A DNA stretch of 64,000 nucleotides, taken from assembly GCA_037131105.1 (NCBI GenBank), contig JBAXRQ010000001.1, positions 322,039 to 386,038 on the forward strand, in the 5' to 3' direction. This stretch comes from a bacterium (GTDB taxonomy: Bacteria; Patescibacteriota; UBA1384; CAILIB01). Below, one piece after another: positions 47,569 to 56,845 of the stretch. The position numbers and the translations under genes are program-made. The notes beneath the pieces are model-generated. The model did no database searches. It worked only from the letters and a program-made list of their open reading frames with translations, and had not been told where the DNA came from. Within the stretch, counting starts at the first letter, position 1; every line of letters begins with the position of its first letter.

Positions 47569-47751
47569 TTGGAAGTTCTCACACTGGAACAAGAAGAACC
47601 GCACCCAGGAAATGGACATAGCCCGGCGCTACCTGGCCGACACCAAGGATTACCTGTAATGCCAGAACCTGATATATCTAGCTTCTAGAGCATATTTCTG
47701 ATATAGAAAGAACACGGGTATCATATATACCTGTATTTCTAGGAGGTTTGA

Positions 47752-48699
47752 ATGAGGAGATCAGTTGGTAGAGGCGCCCTAATTATGGCGCTCGTACTCT
47801 GTACGGCTGTGGCTCAGGCCCAGACGGTCCCGCCGGAAACGCTGTTTCTGGGAAGGGCGAATGACTTGGGGAATACCACCTATGTGGACAATATCTCCCA
47901 GGGTCGGGATGACAATCCGGCCCGACTGTTTGATCGCGGGCGCCAGGCCGGCATCAAGGGTGGACGTATCGCCGACCGGGTGCTTCCCGACCTGCAGATG
48001 CTCTATGCCCAGGGCACCAGCCCCGTGTCGAAGCGCTGGATGGTTCAGCTGGCGGGTACTCGCCTGACCGGAAGCGGACCCTTCGGTCCCGGCACCCTTT
48101 CCTACCGGGACAAGGATGCCGGACTGCAGGTAGCCTACCGGGCAGGGAACCGACTTGATTTCGGCGTGGGAGTGGCAGATATCGAGACCGTCTCTCAGAT
48201 CAAAGTCGGCGGCATCGGCGGCTTTACCCTTACTAGCCAGCCACGCGGGCTAGGCGGACGGGTGGGAGCGCGCTACCGGCTCTCTCCCCGGATTGAGCTG
48301 GAGGGTACCTATGACCACTACGGCGATGCGGAAAGGACGGTGCCGCTGGGGGCCTTTGCTCCGCTTGGTGAGAGTACGGCGGTCTTCACCACCCAGAAGA
48401 TGGTGGTCGGCGGCAGTTACCGCGCCAAGGGCATCGAGGCAGCCATGTTCTATACCAAGCTGGACATAGATCAGCGGGGAGGCCCCTTCTCGCTGGGAAA
48501 GAACTTCCTTAATGGTGGCGTCAAGGCCACCCATGGACCATTCTACCTGGCGGCCGGGATGTATGACGGCTACGGAAGTGTGGGAGCTGGCATGGCACGG
48601 GGAAAGACCAGTCTTACCGTGGCGGCTAGCAACCGTAACAAGGCCTTCTCGCCCACTGCGAAGACGGCCTATTACGCCGAAGCAGTGAGAGGGTTCTAA
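47752..48699 (+). CDS. Signal-peptide protein resembling an outer-membrane beta-barrel
   Basis: SD aggagg; AQA-Q cleavage site; Gly/aromatic alternating strands; ends YYAEAVRGF. Confidence 0.6.
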   Translation: MRRSVGRGALIMALVLCTAVAQAQTVPPETLFLGRANDLGNTTYVDNISQGRDDNPARLFDRGRQAGIKGGRIADRVLPDLQMLYAQGTSPVSKRWMVQLAGTRLTGSGPFGPGTLSYRDKDAGLQVAYRAGNRLDFGVGVADIETVSQIKVGGIGGFTLTSQPRGLGGRVGARYRLSPRIELEGTYDHYGDAERTVPLGAFAPLGESTAVFTTQKMVVGGSYRAKGIEAAMFYTKLDIDQRGGPFSLGKNFLNGGVKATHGPFYLAAGMYDGYGSVGAGMARGKTSLTVAASNRNKAFSPTAKTAYYAEAVRGF

Positions 48700-48724
48700 A
48701 GGAAACCTTGCAATTTGTCTATTT

Positions 48725-48762
48725 GACAAGGACCGCACTCTCGCGAGAGTGCGGTCCTTGTC
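48725..48762. repeat. Perfect 38-bp palindrome between convergent genes
   Basis: gacaaggaccgcactctcgcgagagtgcggtccttgtc is its own reverse complement. Confidence 0.85.
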
Positions 48763-48802
48763 GTGATGTCCCTGTCCAACTGGTAGATGGTTCAGAGACT
48801 AG

Positions 48803-50854
48803 TTATGGTTCTTCCAGAATAGGGATTTCGATCACTACTGCCGTTAGGTAGGGGGCGGGCAGTAGGATGGGCACCTTATTCGGGAATGTGCAGTAGGGCG
48901 GCGAGGTGCGGGTTCCATCACGGAACCCGATGATCCCGATGGTGCCGTAGTGCGCGCGGACATTCTTATCGACGAGAGACTGTCCGAGACCGGTGCCTGG
49001 CTTGCCATCGTCGATATCCTCCTGATTTCTCCTGTAGTCCATGCCGAACATTCCGCTGGCAAAGTCCTCCACCATACCGCGGCGCTCTTCAGATCCACCC
49101 CGTGCCCTGCCTTCGTCCATCACCATGATGCTAAACGTTTTCTCATCAGAGGATAACGAGAGAAGGAGGTTTCCGTCACTGTATTTGCCGCCATTTGACA
49201 GGAGGTTCATCAGGACGGCATGGATCCGTATGGCCTCGATTGCCACTGATGCGGTAGGATCTGGGCAGTCAATGAGGATCTGCCTCGGCCAGGGCCTCAG
49301 GCACCCGCTGGTAGAGAAGAGCTTGGCGGTTCCCCGTTGGATCTTGTCTATGAGCAGAGAAATGGGAACGCCGGACCTTTGCACTTGCAGGGGCTTGTCA
49401 GTAGAGCTTTCAGACTCCAGCTTCAATACGGCAAGCTGGTCGCACATATCCTGGGCCACCCCATGGGCATCCTTCAGAAACTCGAGGGCATCCTCGGGCA
49501 ACCCATTCCCGTAAAGATCTATGACCGTTTGAATGTACAGCATGATTACGCCGGCGGGATTAACCAGGTCATGGTTTATCTCCTTCATCAAACGGTCCTT
49601 CATGTCGATAAGCTCATCCCGAACTTTGACCTGAAGTTCGGCTTTCTCACGATCGAGCTCCGCTCGCTGCCGTTTGAGCTGCTCCTCTCGGTGCTTAATG
49701 TTTGAATCGGTGGCCATAGTGAGCTGGAGTCGGAAGATGAGTTCCGTTTCCTTTTCCCGGTTTGACCATCCCTCCATCCCCGCGATAAGCACTCGCCATA
49801 TTCGTGAGTACAGGGCGATCTCCGTGTAGTCGAACCTGCTGACATGGTAGGGGCCATCGAAAATCTGATCCCTCCAAATGATGGGTCGTTCAGCTGGAAA
49901 GTCGGCGGTCACCTTGAGGGCTACCCATCCTTGATTTGACCCATTGACGTCACGAGGTGTGAGGTAAAAGGGCGTCGCGCCGAAAAACTCGCGGGCTTCT
50001 AGCATGACTGGTGCCCGGTGGTGGTATCGCGCCTCAAGTAGACATACCTCGGCTATCTTCTGCCCTTTGCAGACTACGCTGCCGTCATCCAGTACTTCTG
50101 CCTCGTGCCCGTGGTGGGCAAGAAACTCAAGTAGCTGCCATTGGAAGACCAGGTCGGTGACCTTGGCCATATTCCGCTTGTAAAGCTTGGCGATTATGGC
50201 GAAGTGGCCGTTGGTATAGGCAATGGAAAACCAGTCGTCGATGCTGTCGATCCAAGGTAGGTACTTATGGATGAGATAGCATGAGTTCTTATGGCGGCGC
50301 AGGTACCAGCCCTCCTTGGTCCGGTTGAATCCGGGGATAAGGCTGACGCCCAGCTCCATAGCGGCGTTGATCGGCCCCTTTATGAGGGAGGCGGTGAAAA
50401 ACTGGCCGCCCTTTACCCAGCTGACCCAGGAATTCATGGCGCCGAAGCTGGGGGTCTCGGGAGCGGCCGCACCGAGTCGGAAGCAGATCTCATTAATGTC
50501 GACCTTAAGCCTCGCTGCGATGTTACGTGCTACCTGCTTGAAGTCATTCAGGGGCACCCAATGGTCGGGTTCTTCCTCTATCTCATCAAGGGTCACCTCA
50601 AGTCCGTCCACAAGCTGCGGGATATCGCCTTCGGTGTGGGTCTCATTGACGTACCCCCGTAGCAAGTTCAATATATTTCTGCAGCTTACGTTCCAGTCGG
50701 CATCGCTATCCTCCTTGAACTCACTAACGAATTCGTTTATGAGCCGGTTTCGTGCCAGCAGTATCTGGACAGGGTTTGTTACGTCCTGCATGTCGGCTCC
50801 GAAGGCGTCCAGCCTTCGCAGCCATTCTTCGTACAGTTCATGTCTCGTTTTCAA
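48803..50854 (-). CDS. Soluble orphan sensor histidine kinase
   Basis: H-box NHDLVNP, N-box NLLSNGGKYS, D-box MDEG, G2 GTGLG; coiled coil upstream; no clear TM. Confidence 0.85.
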   Translation of the reverse strand: MKTRHELYEEWLRRLDAFGADMQDVTNPVQILLARNRLINEFVSEFKEDSDADWNVSCRNILNLLRGYVNETHTEGDIPQLVDGLEVTLDEIEEEPDHWVPLNDFKQVARNIAARLKVDINEICFRLGAAAPETPSFGAMNSWVSWVKGGQFFTASLIKGPINAAMELGVSLIPGFNRTKEGWYLRRHKNSCYLIHKYLPWIDSIDDWFSIAYTNGHFAIIAKLYKRNMAKVTDLVFQWQLLEFLAHHGHEAEVLDDGSVVCKGQKIAEVCLLEARYHHRAPVMLEAREFFGATPFYLTPRDVNGSNQGWVALKVTADFPAERPIIWRDQIFDGPYHVSRFDYTEIALYSRIWRVLIAGMEGWSNREKETELIFRLQLTMATDSNIKHREEQLKRQRAELDREKAELQVKVRDELIDMKDRLMKEINHDLVNPAGVIMLYIQTVIDLYGNGLPEDALEFLKDAHGVAQDMCDQLAVLKLESESSTDKPLQVQRSGVPISLLIDKIQRGTAKLFSTSGCLRPWPRQILIDCPDPTASVAIEAIRIHAVLMNLLSNGGKYSDGNLLLSLSSDEKTFSIMVMDEGRARGGSEERRGMVEDFASGMFGMDYRRNQEDIDDGKPGTGLGQSLVDKNVRAHYGTIGIIGFRDGTRTSPPYCTFPNKVPILLPAPYLTAVVIEIPILEEP

Positions 50855-50911
50855 TGTGCCTCCCCCCTTTTCCTCTAGGTTATACCAGATAAGAGAGGAT
50901 CTGGATAGTTC

Positions 50912-52381
50912 CTAGCGCTCCTTTTCGTGGGAGAAGGCAAGAAGGGGGATCTCGTGCCGTTTGGCTATCTTCTTGAGTTCTGGCTTGGGATTTACGGCGT
51001 AGGGGTATTTCACCTTTGTGAGGAGCACGGCGTCACCGAAACTGTCACCGTAGGCGAATGAGTCCTCCAGGGAGGTGTCGTTCAGGTCGAGGTACTCCTG
51101 GGCATAATGGAGCTTTCCCTTGCGATAGGCGATGGGCCCTTCGATGTGGCCGGTGAGCATGCCGTCCTTTTTCTCAGTGCGTGTGCCGTAGGCGGCGTCC
51201 ACGTCGAAGTACTTGGCCCAGGGACCAAGAAATACGTCGAAGATCTCACTTACCAGTACCACCCGGTGGCCATGCTGCTGATGTGACCTGATGATGTCAG
51301 CCGCTTCCTGGTAGATCCGGGGGACGATACGCTCCTCAAACACCGTCTGGGCGATGAGGGCCATCTCGGTGGCATTGCGATCCTTGAGAAGTCCGGCGAT
51401 ACGGGGGATGATCTCGAGGTGGTTCAGGGTCCCTTTCTTTTCCTGGCGGTACCAGGAGAGTACCGAGGGTACCAGGTGGAGTGGGAGTAGTCCCTTGCGG
51501 AAGAGGTGCTTCACGATAACCACCTCGGTGTAGCCGGGAAAGAGGGTCCTGTCGATGTCAAAGAAGGCGGTTATGACTTTGGCTTGCGGCGGCCTGTAGA
51601 CGGTTGCCTCGCTAGTTCTCATTGAAATGGGGAGGTGATGGGCTATCAGATTCTCCAGCTGACGCGTCTTCTGGGTGATAATGTCCACAGTCAGGTCGAT
51701 GCCCTCCTCGGACGGCAAGCGGTAGGGCTTGTAGAGCGTGATAGTGATATGGGCAGGCGTAAATATCTTCTTCTTGCTATCGAACAGCTTGCTGCTGCCT
51801 TCAATGGTGGCCGGTACGATAGGGGCGCCGGTATTCATAGCCAGCCGGATGGCTCCCCAATGGAAGGGAAGGATCTTAGGATGGCGCTCCACGTGTCCCT
51901 CAGGAAAGATGAGGACGTTCTTGCCAGCCCACAACGCCTCGGACAGCAGGGTGTACACCTCTTCCCGCCGGTGGGCCTGCTTGTACATGGCCTGCTCCTC
52001 AAAGCTGCGAGATACGTCAATGCAGCCGCACTTCTTGAGCCAGAAAGAGAACAGTCCTGGGAAATAGGGGAAGGGCGCCGTCAGGGCGACCAGCGGCAGG
52101 GCGTGGATGAAGTTGAAGAATATGCCGTCGAAGAACCCCTGGTGGTTGCAGGCGAAGATGACCGGCTCGTCCGGGATATGCTCGGTGCCTTTTATCGTCA
52201 GTTTTATGCCGAGGAGTACCTGGATCAGGTGGAGGACGAATTTCCCGACCCGGTACCACTGCCCCTCTTTGTTTTTGCTCAGGAAGGCTAGGCACCATCC
52301 GATCGGTAGAAAAGACAACAGCACAATTCCTATGATCAAAAGGGCATAGACGGTGTAGCACAGCTGGATAATTCTCTTCAT
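50912..52381 (-). CDS. PlsC-type acyltransferase fused to a HAD-IB phosphatase
   Basis: NHQGFFD (HxxxxD), FPEG; FFDIDRTL, VLVS, AYGDSFGD, AVNP. Confidence 0.88.
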   Translation of the reverse strand: MKRIIQLCYTVYALLIIGIVLLSFLPIGWCLAFLSKNKEGQWYRVGKFVLHLIQVLLGIKLTIKGTEHIPDEPVIFACNHQGFFDGIFFNFIHALPLVALTAPFPYFPGLFSFWLKKCGCIDVSRSFEEQAMYKQAHRREEVYTLLSEALWAGKNVLIFPEGHVERHPKILPFHWGAIRLAMNTGAPIVPATIEGSSKLFDSKKKIFTPAHITITLYKPYRLPSEEGIDLTVDIITQKTRQLENLIAHHLPISMRTSEATVYRPPQAKVITAFFDIDRTLFPGYTEVVIVKHLFRKGLLPLHLVPSVLSWYRQEKKGTLNHLEIIPRIAGLLKDRNATEMALIAQTVFEERIVPRIYQEAADIIRSHQQHGHRVVLVSEIFDVFLGPWAKYFDVDAAYGTRTEKKDGMLTGHIEGPIAYRKGKLHYAQEYLDLNDTSLEDSFAYGDSFGDAVLLTKVKYPYAVNPKPELKKIAKRHEIPLLAFSHEKER

Positions 52382-52431
52382 GCACCCATTATATAGTAGT
52401 ATGCCGCAAGAGGAAAAAGAGAAGGGCTGCC

Positions 52432-52947
52432 TTACCTCTCCGACTGCTTTTCGCGTAGCTCGGCATTGGTGGGCGTGTGGGCCATCCGGTCCTTGAAACC
52501 AGGTAGTGGGAACATGACAAAAAGATTGTGTAAGAAGTGAATGAGTATCCCTAGATAGATGTCCCCGCTGAGCCACCTGATAAGGCCGAACACCGGTCCC
52601 GCCCGAAACCCGGCATAGGTACTGGTCTTCCAGGCACGCCTCCAGCCCGCCCACCAGAGGGTCTGCATGTGAGCAAGGCCGAAGATAAGAGATGACCCTA
52701 TCAGGGCGTAGAGCTGGCTGTGCCAGAGGTAGATGATCACTCCGTACAGTAGTCCACGAAAAATGAGCTCCTCACCGAAGGCCGCTTTGAGCGACGAGTT
52801 GTAGAAGATGGTGATGCCGCGAATCCAGGCCAGTGGTAAAAAAAGCAGCCAGATCCCCAGTACCGCTAGCGGGTAATATAAGGAAAAGGGATGGGCGGGA
52901 TTGAGGCCGAGATCGGTGAGAAGGATGGTGACAGTGATGGCAGGGAG
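52432..52947 (-). CDS. CPBP (Abi/CAAX) intramembrane protease; no canonical start upstream of the catalytic motif
   Basis: Open frame from 52947 includes FGEELIFRG, SSLIFGLAH, IHFLHN; first GTG is only at 52740. Confidence 0.7.
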   Translation of the reverse strand, partial: LPAITVTILLTDLGLNPAHPFSLYYPLAVLGIWLLFLPLAWIRGITIFYNSSLKAAFGEELIFRGLLYGVIIYLWHSQLYALIGSSLIFGLAHMQTLWWAGWRRAWKTSTYAGFRAGPVFGLIRWLSGDIYLGILIHFLHNLFVMFPLPGFKDRMAHTPTNAELREKQSER

Positions 52948-53148
52948 TTATTCCTTGTCTTCAGTATAGCGAAATGTGAGCCTGACTGGGTCACCCATAA
53001 TGACAACGTCCGATCCTATTTTCATCTCACGTAAAAAAAGAGTAGTGCATCTCAGATGCAGGAGATAGTCGAGAGGCGTGGTTGAGGCTCTCTAATCAAA
53101 GAAGCCACCGTGCGGAGCAGGGCGGCTTCTGTGGTGCGGTAGGTTGTC

Positions 53149-53430
53149 CTAATAGTGATGCTGGTCTCTGATAGAGGCCATCATGCGGGCGAGGAGGACA
53201 ACATCGATGTTCGTGTCGCCCCGGGTTTTGGCGTACTCGTTGGTCAGGACGGCCCAAAGGTCATCACCTGTATCGGAAGCGTCTTCGCCGGGGAAGATAA
53301 CTTCCATCATGAGATCAAGAGCGGCGGATTCCTCCATACCCTTGATAGGTTCCTGCTCAAGAACTGCCTCGAGCACTCTCTGAACTAGGATATTTCCTGC
53401 GGAAAGCGACTGTACTGTTTTCGGCATCAT
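53149..53430 (-). CDS. Hypothetical protein
   Basis: SD aaggag; TTGACA promoter upstream; terminator-like hairpin at about 53100-53130. Confidence 0.6.
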   Translation of the reverse strand: MMPKTVQSLSAGNILVQRVLEAVLEQEPIKGMEESAALDLMMEVIFPGEDASDTGDDLWAVLTNEYAKTRGDTNIDVVLLARMMASIRDQHHY

Positions 53431-53492
53431 ATCTCCTTGTCTGTCGTGGATTGGGCAATACTACTACCCTGACCTGGAAATGTCAATGTGGC

Positions 53493-54206
53493 CTAGACCT
53501 TCATCTTCCTACAAAGAGGATAGACGAAGACGGTAAGTATAACCGCAAAGAAGACGGCGAAGCCGCACATGATGGACGGAATGCCGGCCTGCACCTGGGG
53601 TGAGACCAGGTAGATGGCTCCGGTGGGGATCAGGAATGTGCCGATGCCGGCTAGTAGCCAGTACAATGCGCTTCTGGCATTCTGGGTTTTTTTCTCCCCA
53701 AAGGACCCAACAGAAAATGACAATATTTCAGCTAAGGCTAAGGCCAGGGTGACCGCATAATACAAAGGGAAATAGGTATCGGCTATGACGCCGCGGGTAT
53801 TGATGAGGACATAGTTACCGCCGCAGATCGCGGTGTTGATGGACTGGGTGCTGAAGAGGAAGTAGCCGATGATGACGACTGCAAGAACATACCCCGTATA
53901 GCGGGCCCAGGGCCGCTTGGTGATGATACTAATTAGGTGTAGGTTAAGTGCCGGCAGGAGCGTGATGGCGGCGTAGCCAAGCTTCATCCAGGGAACGGTG
54001 TGGGCGCCGGCGCAAACCTGGTATTCGGCCAGCTGGAAGATGCCCAGACAGATAAGTAGAGAGATGATAAGGGTGGTGGCCGGCCGCAGCTTGGAAGTGA
54101 CCAGGATGTAGGTGGCAAAGCCAAATTCAAGGACCAGGGTCGCCAGCATGACCGGCGGACTGAAGCACATGAAGGTGGAGGAGTCGGACTTTGGAAGGAA
54201 TCGCAT
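53493..54206 (-). CDS. 7-TM membrane protein (sensor-domain-like)
   Basis: MCFSPPVMLAT, FQLAEYQVC, seven hydrophobic segments, PSIMC. Confidence 0.7.
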   Translation of the reverse strand: MRFLPKSDSSTFMCFSPPVMLATLVLEFGFATYILVTSKLRPATTLIISLLICLGIFQLAEYQVCAGAHTVPWMKLGYAAITLLPALNLHLISIITKRPWARYTGYVLAVVIIGYFLFSTQSINTAICGGNYVLINTRGVIADTYFPLYYAVTLALALAEILSFSVGSFGEKKTQNARSALYWLLAGIGTFLIPTGAIYLVSPQVQAGIPSIMCGFAVFFAVILTVFVYPLCRKMKV

Positions 54207-54288
54207 GGCTCTAGTATATCGTGAGATATGACGGGATTCCTAGTATCTGTTAGAGTATATGCATAAAAGGCACTAATCCTGTGTGGCC

Positions 54289-54663
54289 ATGAAGCAGTCC
54301 ATCAATACCGATGCCGCCCCCAAGGCCCCGGCCTTTCTCTCCCAGGCCATAGTCAGCAATGGGCTTATCTTTGTGTCTGGCCAGATCCACAGTACCCCTG
54401 ACGGGGCTGTGATGACCGGGACAGTAGAAGAGAAGTTGGCCCAGATTATGGGAAATATCAAAGCCATCCTTCGTGCCGCTGATGCCACCTTGGATGATGT
54501 GGTGAAGGCCACGATCTATGTGACAGACATGGCCCAGATGCCTGAGCTTAACAAGGCATATCCTACCTATTTCAGTGAGCCGTATCCTGCCCGCGAGGCA
54601 GTCTGCGTAAAGGAGCTGCCGCTGGGTGCGACCATTGAAATAAGTGTGATCGCCGCAAAATAA
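54289..54663 (+). CDS. RidA/YjgF enamine deaminase family
   Basis: SQA, FVSGQI, DVVKATIY, PAR, LP.GA.IEI. Confidence 0.93.
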   Translation: MKQSINTDAAPKAPAFLSQAIVSNGLIFVSGQIHSTPDGAVMTGTVEEKLAQIMGNIKAILRAADATLDDVVKATIYVTDMAQMPELNKAYPTYFSEPYPAREAVCVKELPLGATIEISVIAAK

Positions 54664-54667
54664 TACC

Positions 54668-54994
54668 GTGAGTAAGACCCTGAAATTCAAGCCGCATTTG
54701 GCTGAGCAGATACGCCAGGGAACCAAGGTCTCCACTTGGAGGTTGTTTGATGATAAGGACCTTCAGGACGGCGACGTGGTTGGGCTCATTGAGAATGGCA
54801 TCGAAGCGCCTTTCGCCACGGCGCGAATAACCAAGACTGCGGAAAAGACCCTGGGATCTCTACAGGAAGAGGACTGGGTGGGGCATGAGCGCTTTGCCAG
54901 CGACGAGGAAATGTACGCTACTTTCAGAAAGTACTATGGCCCGGAAGTCGGACCTGAGACGGTAGTGAAGATTATCTGGTTCAGCACTGTGTAG
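54668..54994 (+). CDS. ASCH-domain protein
   Basis: LKF...AEQIRQGTKVSTWR (GxKxxTxR). Confidence 0.85.
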   Translation: MSKTLKFKPHLAEQIRQGTKVSTWRLFDDKDLQDGDVVGLIENGIEAPFATARITKTAEKTLGSLQEEDWVGHERFASDEEMYATFRKYYGPEVGPETVVKIIWFSTV

Positions 54995-55076
54995 GGTCCC
55001 AAGAATGAAGAATAGCGCGTTACCCACTAGGGGGAGCGCGCTATTTTCAGTAATACGACGAGTCTTGGCCGTGGAT

Positions 55077-55688
55077 TTAGCGGTACGTCGCGAGTCGCAG
55101 CTCGTGTTGACAGAGCACTTGCTCAATTTCCTCGAGGCATTTTTTCCTCTGGTGCTTTCTGCTGACGATCTTGTCTCTGGTCAATCTGGCGATTAAGCCG
55201 AGGCAGACGCAGTCCTGATCCAGGAGAAAGTTGTAGGTAGGGGTGCTGAATGGAAGCTCCTGCAGACTGATCCTACCAACGGCAACGGTCATTGGCGCGA
55301 CATCCAGATTCTTCGGTGCGCCGCCATTTTTGCAAGCCTTCCTTCTTGGCGTGGCGTCATAGTAGTGGCGCAGCCTTGCGCAGATAGTGTCGACAGCTTT
55401 TACCAATGTGGCGGGATGTTTCACACCCCAGTTCTTGGCGATCTCCGTGAACTTCTGACGTGGCTGACCAATCCCGTAATACCTTCTCAGCAGTCCTTCT
55501 TCAGTCGGGGTGCAGAGCAGCCTGATCATCGGTGCGAGCAGTTTCTTGCTGAGCTTCTCGTGCATGTGCCAGAAGGCTTCGTCGAGTAATTCGCCGTTTT
55601 CTTCCTTTACCTGCTCACTGATTGCCCCAGCCACATGTGCCCGCAGGGCAATGTTGCTGTAGGGTCCCAGTTCCTGGTTGTGCTTCAT
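55077..55688 (-). CDS. Sigma70 region-4-like HTH fused to an RNA polymerase alpha-CTD-like domain
   Basis: TPTEEGLLRRYYGIG..KFTEIAKNWGV; SLQELPFSTPTYNFL...KKCLEEIEQVL. Confidence 0.65.
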   Translation of the reverse strand: MKHNQELGPYSNIALRAHVAGAISEQVKEENGELLDEAFWHMHEKLSKKLLAPMIRLLCTPTEEGLLRRYYGIGQPRQKFTEIAKNWGVKHPATLVKAVDTICARLRHYYDATPRRKACKNGGAPKNLDVAPMTVAVGRISLQELPFSTPTYNFLLDQDCVCLGLIARLTRDKIVSRKHQRKKCLEEIEQVLCQHELRLATYR

Positions 55689-55851
55689 GGTTTCTCCTCT
55701 CAAACCTCGCGACTTCGCCGCGATGAGTCACATTACCACGTGAAGACCTTTTTGACAAGGCTAATGCCTTACCCTCGAATTCAATACACAATGCTCCAGT
55801 TGCAGCAGACAGTTCTGCATTGGGTATTTGATTCAGGTAGCCTTTGTGAGA

Positions 55852-55880
55852 TTGACACATCCTTCCCAATCTGGTATATT
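55852..55880 (+). promoter_or_regulatory. Sigma70 promoter
   Basis: TTGACA-17 bp-TATATT with extended TG. Confidence 0.7.
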
Positions 55881-55913
55881 CACCCATCCAGTTACGATAG
55901 AAAGGACAGCGAA

Positions 55914-56315
55914 ATGGACAGTGAAACGACAGTTGAGGATCTGGTCGAAAAGCTTTTCCCGGAAAAGACCGCGGCAGATCTGATGGGCGCCCGGTTCAGA
56001 CTCACCTTCATCCACCAGTTGGCAGACGTGAGGACTGCAACGACGGATGTGGCTCTCGAGCACATCGATACAAGGGAGCAGGGTGTGGTCTTCGAGGCGG
56101 TCGTCACCGACCTTGAGGTCATCGAGACCCGGACCTACGGGACGCAGGTACCTGTCCCGGTGCTGGTAGTGTGTTATGACCAGGCGGAGTATGCTGGTAT
56201 GCGCACGTTCAATGTCCTCGTGTACCGGACCTATGCAGTGATGCTTCTGGCCGGTCAGGTCGAGGAAGAGTGTACCAAGGCGGAAATCTCGGGAGTGTTT
56301 CAGCTTCTCGACTAA
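55914..56315 (+). CDS. Hypothetical protein (unit 1 of tandem pair)
   Basis: SD agaaagga; start MDSETT. Confidence 0.65.
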   Translation: MDSETTVEDLVEKLFPEKTAADLMGARFRLTFIHQLADVRTATTDVALEHIDTREQGVVFEAVVTDLEVIETRTYGTQVPVPVLVVCYDQAEYAGMRTFNVLVYRTYAVMLLAGQVEEECTKAEISGVFQLLD

Positions 56316-56333
56316 TCGCCGCAAGAAGCAGTC

Positions 56334-56378
56334 TGGAAAAGGATCGGTCGCCATATGGTGCCCGGTCCCTTTTTCTTC
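56334..56378 (+). terminator. Terminator, repeat copy 1
   Basis: tggaaaaggatcggtcgcc...ccggtccctttt. Confidence 0.7.
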
Positions 56379-56455
56379 ATTAGTCATCCGAGAGGATTGA
56401 CGTGCGTCATGATTTATGGTACCTTCGTACATTCCAGTACAGAGAAAGGATCGGA

Positions 56456-56833
56456 ATGATTACGAGTAATACAGCGTACTTATTTGTGCAGCGCTTCCTT
56501 GAGGGAGAGTCGAGTTTCTCACTCATCGGCCGCGCCGCCCTATTGGTCTTTGAGCCCTTCGGCGAAATAAAAACCTTGACGGGTGATGATGCCAGGACAA
56601 TCTACACCTCGGAGTCGCCGTGGGTGTCGGTAATGATTACCAGTGTGAGGCCGCATGACGGAGTGAAGCCAGGCTTCCTCATCATGGAGTTCGCACAGGT
56701 CAGTTACATGGGGTGCACGATGTCATCTCTGTGGCTCCATCGGGATGGGACCGCGAGGGTGCTACTTTCCCAACCAACCTATGGTATGCAGGGCCAAATC
56801 CTAGCCACGCTTGAGCTCGGTGAGCGCCGTTAG
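56456..56833 (+). CDS. Hypothetical protein (unit 2 of tandem pair)
   Basis: SD agaaagga; start MITSNT; upstream TTGACG-17-TACCTT. Confidence 0.6.
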   Translation: MITSNTAYLFVQRFLEGESSFSLIGRAALLVFEPFGEIKTLTGDDARTIYTSESPWVSVMITSVRPHDGVKPGFLIMEFAQVSYMGCTMSSLWLHRDGTARVLLSQPTYGMQGQILATLELGERR

Positions 56834-56845
56834 TACATCGCCGTT

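Noticed and set aside
52382-52654. N-terminal extension of the PlsC-HAD ORF to 580 aa
   Set aside because: Overlaps the CPBP gene in another frame; ATG 52381 has a TATAAT box 6 nt upstream
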